The position numbers and the translations under genes are program-made. Shown here piece after piece: positions 1 through 7,450 of a DNA stretch of 13,195 bases. The notes below the pieces were generated by a model, which was not told where the DNA came from, did not search any database, and saw only the letters and a program-made list of their open reading frames with translations. Source of the stretch: Candidatus Eiseniibacteriota bacterium (lineage in GTDB: Bacteria; Eisenbacteria; RBG-16-71-46); assembly GCA_044222065.1 (NCBI GenBank), contig JBGAOA010000089.1, positions 1 through 13,195 on the forward strand, in the 5' to 3' direction. The first letter of the stretch is position 1; each line of letters starts with the position of its first letter.

Positions 1-1496
1 GCGCCCCACGCGACGACGAGCGCGGCGAGCGCGAGCGCGCCGGCCGTCGCGCCGCGCCGCTCGCGCGCGGGCTCGGCGGCGGCGGGCGTGCGCGGGCGGC
101 CGAGGAACGCGATGCCGTACAGCTTCACGAGCGCCGCCGCCGCGAGCGCGGTCGCGAGCGCGAGCCCCGCGCCCGCGAACGGCACGAGCAGCCGCAGCTC
201 GCCGCTGCCCGCCGAGTAGCCGAGGATCATCGCCTGGAAAAGCATCCACTCGCCGGCGAAGCACGAGAACAGCGGTGCGCCGGCGAGCGCCACGACCGAC
301 ACGAGCGCCGCGACCGACGTGAGCGGCAGGCGCTTCGCGAGCCCGCCGAGCTGCTCGAGGTCGCGCGAGTGCGCGGCGTGGACGGCGCCGCCGACCGACA
401 GGAACGCCGCCGCCTTCGCGACGCCGTGGCCGAACGCGTGGTACAGGCACGCCGCGAGCGCGAGGCTCGCGAGTTCCGTGCGGCCGTCCGCCGCGAGCCG
501 CGCCGCGACGCCGAGCGCGAGCGCGAGCAGCCCGGCGTGCTTCACGGTCGAGAAGGCGAGCAGGCGCTTCGCATCGCTCTCGACCACGGCCGCGAGCGCG
601 CCGACGAGCGTCGTGAGCGCGCCCGCGAGCACGAGCACGGTGCCCCACGCGGGCGGCGGCGCGACGGGGAGCTGCCAGCCGAAACGCAGCAGGGCGTAGA
701 GCCCCGCCTTCACCATCGCGCCGGAGAGGATCGCCGACACCGGCGCCGGGGCCTCGGGATGGGCGAGCGGCAGCCACGCGTGCAGCGGCACGAGACCGAG
801 CTTGACCGCGGCGCCGAAGGAGGCGAGCCACACGATGCGGTGCGCCTCGGGCGCGGGCAGCAGCGCGAGCGTCGCCGCGAGGTCGTCGAAGCGGAAGGAC
901 CCCGCGCGGACCGAGAGCTGAAGCAGCGCGAACGCGAGGCAGGCCGCGCCGATCTGCGACAGCGTCAGGTACACGTACGCCGCCTGCCGCGACCGCGCGC
1001 TCTGCGTGTCGCTCGCGACGAGCAGGGCGGAGAGCAGCGTCATGCCCTCCCACGCGAGCAGGAAGAGCAGCGCGTGCTCGGCGCCGATCGCCGTCGCGAG
1101 CGCGGCGACGAAGCCCGCCGTGAGCGCGAGCCGCGCGCGTTCGCCGCGCCGCGCGCCGTCGCCCGAGCGGCCGCTCGCCGCGAACGCCGCGGCGGCGACG
1201 ACGCCCGTGAGCAGCAGGAAAGGTGCGGCGAGCGCGTCCGCGCCGATCGTGAACGGATCGCCCGGCAGCCCGGGCCACCACTCGAGCGGGCGGGGCGGAA
1301 CGCCGGCGAGCGCGCGCCCGCCCGCGCCGGCGAGCGCGAGCGAGGAGGCGACGGCGAGCGCGCGCGCGGCGTCGTGCAGCGACGCCGAGGACAGTCCGAG
1401 CCGCACCGGGCGCGGCAGCGCCGGCAGGATCGCCGCGGAGCACAGCCCCCAGACGGCGCCCGCGAGCAGGGCGCCCCCGAGCTCGACGAGCGGCAT
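1..1496 (-). CDS. hyfB: Hydrogenase-4 component B-like / proton-conducting antiporter-like membrane subunit (NuoL/MrpA-D superfamily); 3' end lies beyond the left edge
   Basis: Manual translation from ATG at 1496 (AGGGA upstream) stays open to the window edge: MPLVELGGALLAGAVWG...LLFLLAWEGMTLLSALLV...AAYVYLTLSQIG...FGAAVKLGLVPLHAWLPLAHPEAPAPVSAILSGAMVKAGLYALLRF...KRLLAFSTVKHAG...LYHAFGHGVAKAAAFLSVGGAVHAAHSRDLEQLGGLAKRLP...FAGEWMLFQ...VKLYGIAFLGRPR. The WE, K.G..PLH.WLP.AH, SG.M.K and 'FLGRPR' motifs are typical of HyfB/HycC-type subunits. Confidence 0.88.
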   Translation of the reverse strand, partial: MPLVELGGALLAGAVWGLCSAAILPALPRPVRLGLSSASLHDAARALAVASSLALAGAGGRALAGVPPRPLEWWPGLPGDPFTIGADALAAPFLLLTGVVAAAAFAASGRSGDGARRGERARLALTAGFVAALATAIGAEHALLFLLAWEGMTLLSALLVASDTQSARSRQAAYVYLTLSQIGAACLAFALLQLSVRAGSFRFDDLAATLALLPAPEAHRIVWLASFGAAVKLGLVPLHAWLPLAHPEAPAPVSAILSGAMVKAGLYALLRFGWQLPVAPPPAWGTVLVLAGALTTLVGALAAVVESDAKRLLAFSTVKHAGLLALALGVAARLAADGRTELASLALAACLYHAFGHGVAKAAAFLSVGGAVHAAHSRDLEQLGGLAKRLPLTSVAALVSVVALAGAPLFSCFAGEWMLFQAMILGYSAGSGELRLLVPFAGAGLALATALAAAALVKLYGIAFLGRPRTPAAAEPARERRGATAGALALAALVVAWG

Positions 1497-1578
1497 GAAC
1501 CGTCCCTGGAAAGTGTGGAGCGCGGAGCCGGCCGGTCGAGGCCGCGACCGCGCCGCGTGACGCCGAGGTCGGACGACG

Positions 1579-1607
1579 TATTAACAGCCTCGCGAACGGG
1601 GGGTCAA
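1579..1607 (-). promoter_or_regulatory. Candidate sigma70-type promoter for the hyfB-like gene
   Basis: The minus strand reads TTGACC (1607-1602), a 16-17 nt spacer, then GTTAAT/TTAATA. This is an AT-rich patch in a very GC-rich intergenic region, about 85 nt upstream of the ATG at 1496. Confidence 0.45.
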
Positions 1608-1818
1608 GACGCGATCGCGCACCCGCCGGCCGGCGCGTGCGCGACCGCGCGAACGGCGCGTCGCGCCACGTACGCGCCGCGCCCGCGAGGCCGCGGCGAG
1701 GGCGTGCCCTGCGCGCGAGCGCGGATGCGGCAGCCCGTCCGCCGCGCTACTCTGGCCGCGCTCGAATCGGCACGCGCGCCGCGGTGGCGCGGAGACTCCG
1801 GAGCAGGAGACGAACGCA

Positions 1819-2583
1819 ATGCGCTTCAATGGCAAGGTCGTGATGGTGACGGGCGGGACGAGCGGAATCGGGCGCGCGACGGCGCGCGCGCTCGCCGCCG
1901 AGGGCGCGAAGCTCGCCGTGTGCGGGCGGCGGCAGGACCGCCTCGCGGAACTCGTGCGCGAGTGGAGCGCCGAGGGCCGGGAACTGCTGCCGCTCGAGGG
2001 CGACGTGCGCGACGAAGGCACGTGCGCCCGCTGGGTCAAGGCGGTCGTCGAACGTTTCGGCGGACTCGACGGGCTCGTGAACGCGGCGGGCGTGCTCGGC
2101 AACGGCGGCGCGCACGACACCGCGACGGCCGAATGGGATCGGATGATGGACTCGAACGTGCGCTCGATCTTCCTGCTGACGCGCGCGGCGGCCCCGGAGC
2201 TGTTCAAGCGCAAGGGTTCGATCGTGAACCTGTCGTCGGTCGCGAGCGTGAGGCCGTATGCGAACCTGCTCGCCTATTGCGTGAGCAAGGCCGCGGTCGA
2301 CCAGTTCACGCGCTGCGCGGCGCTCGACTTCGCGCCGCACGGCGTGCGCGTGAACGCGATCAACCCCGGCGTGGTCGTGACGGAACTGCACACGGTGACG
2401 AAGGCGGTCGCCGACTACGACGGCTTCCTCGAGCGCGGCAAGAGCACGCACCCGATCGGACGCGTCGGCGGCGTCGACGAGGTCGCGAAGCTGATCCTGT
2501 ACCTGCTGTCGGACGACGCCGGCTGGGTCACGGGCGTCACGTACTCGATCGACGGCGGGAGGGCGTTGTCGAGCATGCGATAG
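1819..2583 (+). CDS. Classical short-chain dehydrogenase/reductase (SDR; FabG/glucose-1-DH-like), 254 aa
   Basis: TGGTSGIG Rossmann motif, NAAG, catalytic S (SSVAS) and YCVSK (YxxxK), VRVNAINPG and a C-terminal IDGG. AGGAG RBS precedes the ATG at 1819. Confidence 0.95.
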   Translation: MRFNGKVVMVTGGTSGIGRATARALAAEGAKLAVCGRRQDRLAELVREWSAEGRELLPLEGDVRDEGTCARWVKAVVERFGGLDGLVNAAGVLGNGGAHDTATAEWDRMMDSNVRSIFLLTRAAAPELFKRKGSIVNLSSVASVRPYANLLAYCVSKAAVDQFTRCAALDFAPHGVRVNAINPGVVVTELHTVTKAVADYDGFLERGKSTHPIGRVGGVDEVAKLILYLLSDDAGWVTGVTYSIDGGRALSSMR

Positions 2584-2590
2584 ACGGCGC

Positions 2591-3328
2591 TCAGTGCGCC
2601 GTCATCCGGTTCAGGATCAGTCCGAGGCCCACGCCCGCGATCACGAACTCGAGTAGCTTCCCTGCGAGCGCCTGCAGCAGCGCGATCCACCGGCAGGTGC
2701 CGTACAAGGTGTAGCCCTCCGCCGATCCCGTGAGCAGGACGGACGCGCTCAGGTACGCGAGCAGTCCGAGGGATCCGCCGTCGAGGACGATGGGCGTCGC
2801 GTCGAGGATCCGGCGACCGCGAAACTCGATCACGCCACGCCGCTGGGCGCACAAGGTCGCGTAGGCGATCCCGAACGGGACGGTCACGAATAGGAACAGC
2901 ACCGGCACCGACACCACGGCACTCCACAGGCTCGCGTGGGCGCCGAGGACGTACTCGGTGAGGACCTTGACGGGAAGCAGCGCGAGGCCGAGCAGGCCGG
3001 CGGCCGCCGTGCACGCCAGGACGAGGAACAGACCGAAGCTCACGGCGCCCGTCACGACGAACTCCCACCACGAAGCGCCGAGCGGGATGTGATTCACGAA
3101 GCGGCGAGTGCCGAGGGAGCCCAGCGCCGCGGAAATCGCCACCGCGCCCGTGACGGCACCCAGGAAGATCAGTTCCAGCCAGTGCCAGACGAACCGCGTG
3201 GCGACTCGTCCGTCCGGCGGTTCCCCGCACGTCCAGTAGAGCAGCAACGACAGGAGCACGAGAGTGATCATCCCTCCGAGCGCGATGAGGGCGTACTCGG
3301 TGCGAGAGACAGAGGTCGGTTGATTCAT
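2591..3328 (-). CDS. Multi-pass membrane protein, 245 aa, with a C-terminal two-TM potassium-channel-like (Ion_trans_2-like) pore module with degenerate filter
   Basis: Start reassigned to ATG 3328 (MNQPTSV...), which follows GGAGG. About 5-6 hydrophobic segments. The C-terminus FGIAYATL...YLSASVLLTGSAEGYTLYGTCRWIALLQALAG matches the F..LY...YFS..T.TT.GYGD..P.G..R..A..E...G pattern without gaps. The CDS is well supported; the channel assignment is an inference. Confidence 0.7.
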   Translation of the reverse strand: MNQPTSVSRTEYALIALGGMITLVLLSLLLYWTCGEPPDGRVATRFVWHWLELIFLGAVTGAVAISAALGSLGTRRFVNHIPLGASWWEFVVTGAVSFGLFLVLACTAAAGLLGLALLPVKVLTEYVLGAHASLWSAVVSVPVLFLFVTVPFGIAYATLCAQRRGVIEFRGRRILDATPIVLDGGSLGLLAYLSASVLLTGSAEGYTLYGTCRWIALLQALAGKLLEFVIAGVGLGLILNRMTAH

Positions 3329-3519
3329 CGGATCCTCCCGGATGGGCCGCGGCCTCCCGACTTCACTGGCGCTGCGTGCTGGGACGCTTCTTCCGCATTC
3401 AGAGTTCCGTCCGATGCAGGCACCCGGGTGCGGCATGCGCACAACATAGCGGGCGCCGGTTCCTGTAGCGGGGGCTCCGGCGTCGAGCCGCGTTTTCGCG
3501 GGCCGCACCGATTGCTCTT

Positions 3520-3730
3520 GACGCCAATTTCAGACACGCGCGGAGACAGTCGCGGAGCGAATCCTGGTGCCGCACTGAAACGTCGCTGGCGTCCCGACGG
3601 ATGCTCCAGCGCACGAATGCTCTCCCGATCTCTCGACGCGTGGCGATCGGGCAATGGCGCGCACGCACGACGCCCGAAAACACGCGTGCTATGAACAGCA
3701 CACAGCCCCCGCGTGATCCGCCCCCGGCGG
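3520..3730 (+). other. Cluster of inverted repeats forming a putative structured leader upstream of the HNH gene
   Basis: GACGCCA 3520-3526 pairs with TGGCGTC 3587-3593, enclosing TTTCAG 3528-3533 / CTGAAA 3575-3580. CCCGATC 3624-3630 pairs with GATCGGG 3645-3651. GTGCT-ATGAAC-AGCAC at 3686-3701. CCGCC-CCC-GGCGG at 3718-3730 overlaps the RBS. Confidence 0.4.
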
Positions 3731-3739
3731 AGTTGCGCC

Positions 3740-5044
3740 GTGAAGAAATGCACGCTGTCGCACCTGGCCGACGAAACGCTCACCCATCGCCTCGCCACTC
3801 GCTCGGCCGACGAGCGCGCCGCGCTCGCCGAAGTCGTCGCGCTGATCGGCGAGTTCGACGCCCGCAGGCTCTACGCCCCGGCTGGCTATCCCTCCATGCA
3901 CGAGTACTGCGTGCGCGTGCTCAAGCTCTCGGACGACATGGCCTACAAGCGAACTCGCGTCGCGAACACGGCGCGCCGCTTTCCCGCGATCTTCGACCGG
4001 CTCGCCGACGGCCGCCTGAACTTGAGCACGGCGCTGCTGCTCGCCCCGCATCTCACGGGGGCGAACGCAGAGGCTCTGATCGATGCCGCGAGCAACGGGA
4101 CGCGGGCCGACGTCGAACAACTGCTCGCGGAGCGATTCCCGAAGCCCGACGTCCCGACGACGCTCGTGGCGCTGCCGCCGGCCAGAGCCGCCGTGACGAC
4201 CGTTTTCGCCCCGGGGCGAAAAGTGAGCGCGCAAGTCGTTGCGAACACGAAGTGCGAACATGCTACGCAGCATGTTGAGGTCGCATCGGCGGCGAGAACG
4301 ACGCCGCTCGCCCCGGAGCGCTTCGCGCTTCAAGTCACGATCTCGGGCGACACGCAGCGCAAGCTCGAGCACGCGCGCGAGCTTCTGAGTCACGCCATCC
4401 CCGACAAGAACGTCGCGCAGGTGCTCGATCGGGCGCTCGATGCGCTGATTGCGCAGCTCGAGAAGCGGCGCTGCGCGGAGACGACGCGTCCCGGTCGGCG
4501 CACGAGCGACGGCAAGTCGCGCTACGTGCCGGCCGAAGTGAAGCGCGCCGTGTGGGCTCGCGATGGCTCGCGCTGCACGTTCGTCGGCACGAACGGCGAG
4601 CGCTGCGACTCACGCACGCGCCTCGAACTCGATCACGTCACGCCGATCGCGAAGGGCGGCGCTTCGACCGTCGGCAATCTCAGGCTTCGCTGCCGAACCC
4701 ACAATCAGTACGAAGCCGAGCAAACTCTCGGCGAGCGCTTCATGAACACGAAGCGCGAGCGCGCGGCCGAAGCGAAGCGCGAACGCACAGCACGCGAGGC
4801 ACGCGAGGCACGCGAGAACGACCCCGATCGCAGCGTCATTCCGTGGCTGCGGCATCTCGGCTGCTCGCTCGAGAGGGCGCGGGCCCTGGCGCGAACGTGC
4901 GACGCGCTCGAGGGCGAGCCGGTCGAGGTTCGGCTGAAGCACGCGCTGAGCTCGCTCGCGCCTGCGCGACCGTCACCCGTGCCGTCATCGCCGGGGGCGG
5001 TCGCCGCGCGGGCGGCGTCGCCGGCGATTGAGACACCCTCGTGA
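3740..5044 (+). CDS. HNH endonuclease with DUF222-like N-terminal region, RHH-like central segment and RuvA-C-terminal-like tail (~434 aa)
   Basis: Likely start is GTG 3740 after GGAG (the ORF track starts at 3713). N-terminus LSHLADETL...EFDARRLYAPAGYPSMHEYCVRVLKLSDDMAYKR...RRFPAIFDRLADGRLNLS is typical of this family. The HNH/Zn domain is YVPAEVKRAVWARDGSRCTFVGTNGERCDSRTRLELDHVTPIAKGGASTVGNLRLRCRTHNQYEAE (~4523-4720). Confidence 0.9.
   Translation: MKKCTLSHLADETLTHRLATRSADERAALAEVVALIGEFDARRLYAPAGYPSMHEYCVRVLKLSDDMAYKRTRVANTARRFPAIFDRLADGRLNLSTALLLAPHLTGANAEALIDAASNGTRADVEQLLAERFPKPDVPTTLVALPPARAAVTTVFAPGRKVSAQVVANTKCEHATQHVEVASAARTTPLAPERFALQVTISGDTQRKLEHARELLSHAIPDKNVAQVLDRALDALIAQLEKRRCAETTRPGRRTSDGKSRYVPAEVKRAVWARDGSRCTFVGTNGERCDSRTRLELDHVTPIAKGGASTVGNLRLRCRTHNQYEAEQTLGERFMNTKRERAAEAKRERTAREAREARENDPDRSVIPWLRHLGCSLERARALARTCDALEGEPVEVRLKHALSSLAPARPSPVPSSPGAVAARAASPAIETPS
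4790..4816 (+). repeat. Three perfect tandem copies of GCACGCGAG, encoding AREAREARE in the HNH linker helix
   Basis: gcacgcgag at 4790-4798, 4799-4807 and 4808-4816; in-frame 9-mer. Confidence 0.85.
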
Positions 5045-5086
5045 TTCGCGGTGTCGCCCGTGGGATGACGCCGGCCCGGGGCTGCG

Positions 5087-5398
5087 TCAGACGACGCGCA
5101 GCACGACCCACTTCTGGCTGCCGGGTACGACGAACGGCGCGAGCCGGTCGCTGTGCGCGCGGAAGCGCGGGTCGCTCATGCCCGCGAGGCCGGCTTCGAA
5201 GTCGGCGAGCGACTCGAACTCGTACTCGTCCACGACGTGCGAGGCCGACGATCCGATTGCGCCCACGAGCAGGCGCGCGGACTTCGCGCGGCGGAACTCG
5301 GAGTGCGCGAACTTGTCCGCGCCCCACGCGCGCATCACCGCGAGTGCTTCCGACTGCTTGCCGTACACGAGATCGAGGTGCCACTGGCAGATGAACAT
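5087..5398 (-). CDS. Small hypothetical protein, NIPSNAP / dimeric alpha-beta barrel-like, 103 aa
   Basis: ATG 5398 follows a strong AGGAGG. MFICQWHLDLVYGKQSEALAVMRAW...RLLVGAIGSSASHVVDEYEFESLADFEAGLAGM...FVVPGSQKWVVLRVV shows the beta-alpha-beta-beta-alpha-beta pattern and 'E.ESLA.FE' motif of this fold. It is the C-terminal part of track ORF 5087..6379. Confidence 0.8.
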   Translation of the reverse strand: MFICQWHLDLVYGKQSEALAVMRAWGADKFAHSEFRRAKSARLLVGAIGSSASHVVDEYEFESLADFEAGLAGMSDPRFRAHSDRLAPFVVPGSQKWVVLRVV

Positions 5399-5470
5399 CG
5401 CGAGCCTCCTGGCGTTCGAACGGCGGGGTCGCGGCGAGCGTAGCGCGCGGAGCCGTCGTCGCGCGCCCCG

Positions 5471-5512
5471 AAAAGCGAGCGGCGCGCCGGGAGGATCGTT
5501 CCGGCGCGCCGC
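5471..5512 (-). terminator. Intrinsic terminator ending the fibre/protease operon
   Basis: Perfect 12-bp stem GCGGCGCGCCGG (5479-5490) / CCGGCGCGCCGC (5501-5512) with a 10-nt loop. On the minus strand it is followed by TCGCTTTT and begins 17 nt after the TAG at 5530. Confidence 0.7.
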
Positions 5513-5529
5513 GCGACGAGGGATCGACG

Positions 5530-6558
5530 CTACGGCGCGACGACGCTCGCCCCGCCGCGAGCGGCCTGCCAGGTGCGGCCGATCGGGCTGAAGTAGCCCG
5601 ACGTGACGTGATTCACGCCGCCGTTCGACAGCAGCAGCGGCCAGCCGGCCGGCGCCGAAGCGTTCGCGGTCGCGAGCGAGCGATACGGGTTCTGCGCCGT
5701 GCCGAGTCCCGCGACCGGGTTGTTCGGATCCACGAACGTCATCGGGATGCTGCCGCCGTACGCTCGCGCGATCAGCGCGGCGTCCGGGTAGAGCGAGATC
5801 GAACGGCGTTCGTACGTCCCGAGTGTCGCAGTCATGAGGTCGGCCGCGATCCACGTCGGGTCCACGTGCAGGCCGGTTCCGCTCGTCGTCGGGATGTTGA
5901 GCCGGTTCGGATCGAACGTCGCTCCGTCCAGCAGCGGAATCGTGGCCGCGGCCGACGTCCAGCCGATCGCGTGCCCGAGTTCGTGCCGCGTGGTCGTCAG
6001 CAGGTCGTAGCCGGGAGGCGGCGAGGGGCCGTCGTGTTCGCTGTCGTCGGCCGGCGTCGGGTCCACGAACCACGACCAGCCGGGGTCGAACGTCATCGTG
6101 TCCGACGCGATGCAGCCGTTCGCGAACACGAGCGGCTGCGTGCGCGCGAGCGGGCCTCCGAGCGAGCGAGCGCGAAAGTAGATGGGCAGCGGGTTCTGGA
6201 TGCAGCCGCAGTCGAGGATCCGGCTCTGCCATTCGTTGATCGCCTGCTGGATCACGGCCTGCCAGCCCGCCTGGGACGTGATCGTGGACTCCCACGTCGG
6301 CTGGATCACGAGCGCGCCGGCCTGGATCCGATCCGGCGTGCGCAGGTCCTTGACGACGATGGGCGGCGTGACGTCGCATCGGCCTTCCGCGTCGCTGCGC
6401 GCGGGCGCGAGGGGCGCCGCGTCCGGCGCGCGCTCGCGGGACGCGCCGGCGGAACCGAACGACGGCGCGTCGGCGAGCGCGGCGCCGGCGGCGAGCACGA
6501 ACGTGACGAGCGCCAGTGCCACGGCGACGGGGCGGAGCGATCGAAGGTCGGACGTCAT
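5530..6558 (-). CDS. Secreted zinc metalloprotease (metzincin, leishmanolysin/M8-like ligand spacing), paralog B, 342 aa
   Basis: GGAG RBS. Signal peptide (RSLRPVAVALALVTFVLAAGAALA|DA). HELGHAIG at 5971-5985, a distal His (GLHVD, 5866-5868) and a Met-turn (DLMTA, 5833-5835). C-terminal FVDP...GLGTAQNPYRSL..A...APAG module. Confidence 0.85.
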   Translation of the reverse strand: MTSDLRSLRPVAVALALVTFVLAAGAALADAPSFGSAGASRERAPDAAPLAPARSDAEGRCDVTPPIVVKDLRTPDRIQAGALVIQPTWESTITSQAGWQAVIQQAINEWQSRILDCGCIQNPLPIYFRARSLGGPLARTQPLVFANGCIASDTMTFDPGWSWFVDPTPADDSEHDGPSPPPGYDLLTTTRHELGHAIGWTSAAATIPLLDGATFDPNRLNIPTTSGTGLHVDPTWIAADLMTATLGTYERRSISLYPDAALIARAYGGSIPMTFVDPNNPVAGLGTAQNPYRSLATANASAPAGWPLLLSNGGVNHVTSGYFSPIGRTWQAARGGASVVAP

Positions 6559-7450
6559 GGCGTGATCTCCGGAATGTCGGGGGGCTGGCCGCTCAGGGCG
6601 CGACGACGCTCGCGCCGCCGCGCGCGGCCATCCAGGTCCGTGCGATGCCGGTCAGGTAGCCGTTCACGACGTGACTCACGCTGCCGTTCGCGAGCAGCAG
6701 CGGCCAGCCCGCGGGCGCGAACGAATTCGCGATCGCGAACGACTGGTAGGGATCGGCGGCCGTGCCCGCGCCGGCGCCGCCGACGGTGGGATCCACGAAC
6801 GTCATCGGGATGTTGCCGCCGTACGCGCGCGCGATCATCGCCGCGTCGGGATAGAGCGCGATCGCGCGCCGGACGCTCTGCGGCACTGCCGGGTCCATGA
6901 GGCCGCCGTGCGTCCACGTCGAGTCCGTGTGCATGCCCGTGCCGCCGCCGACCGGGACGTTCAGACGATTCGCATCGAAGGTGGAGCCCGACATCAGGTT
7001 GTTCGTCGGCGTCTGGAAGCCCCAGCCGACCGCGTGCCCGAGTTCGTGGCGCGCGACCGTGAGCAGGTCGAAGCCCGCGGGCGCCGGCGAGGTGCCGTCG
7101 AACTCGCTGCTGTTCGCCGGCGTCGAGTCCACGAACCACGTGAACGCGGGATCGAATCCGATCGTGTCTGCGAACATGCAGCCGTTCGAAAGGTAGACGA
7201 GTGACTGCGTGAAGCCGAGGAAGCCGCCGAGCGGCACGGCGCGGAAGTAGATGGGCAGCGGGTTCCGGCTGCAGCCGTTGTCGAGGATCGTGCCCTGCCA
7301 CTCGTTGATCGCCTGCTGGATCACGGCCTGCCAGCCCGGCCGGCTCGTGATCGTCGCGTCCCACGTCGGCTGGATCACGAGCGCACCGGCCTGCACCTGG
7401 TTCCCGTCCGGAACGTCCTTCACGCGGATCGGCTCGGCGACGCCGCACAT
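5530..7450 (-). repeat. Tandem gene duplication (two diverged ~0.85 kb direct repeats: ~5530-6380 and ~6593-7450)
   Basis: A 37-bp identical block TCGTTGATCGCCTGCTGGATCACGGCCTGCCAGCCCG occurs at 6233-6269 and 7302-7338. Shared peptides include QAGALVIQPTW, GWQAVIQQAINEWQ, NPLPIYFRA, IPMTFVDP and APAGWPLLL. Confidence 0.9.

Noticed and set aside
369..2714. 781-aa plus-strand ORF and similar long Arg/Ala/Gly-rich ORFs (e.g. 7648..9102, 9604..11028, 5608..6900, 11571..12530)
   Set aside because: Shadow frames of real genes in very GC-rich DNA: low-complexity translations with no motifs, overlapping better-supported CDSs.
3740..5044. HNH protein as IscB/Cas9-like or part of a CRISPR system (including a Craspase-like link to the CHAT gene)
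   Set aside because: No RuvC motifs, no repeat-spacer array and no cas genes. The CHAT protein appears exported and lies in a separate transcription unit.
5066..5089. TGACGC...GCGTCA hairpin between the convergent HNH and NIPSNAP-like genes as a terminator
   Set aside because: The stem is imperfect, overlaps the stop codon and has no U-tract on either strand.
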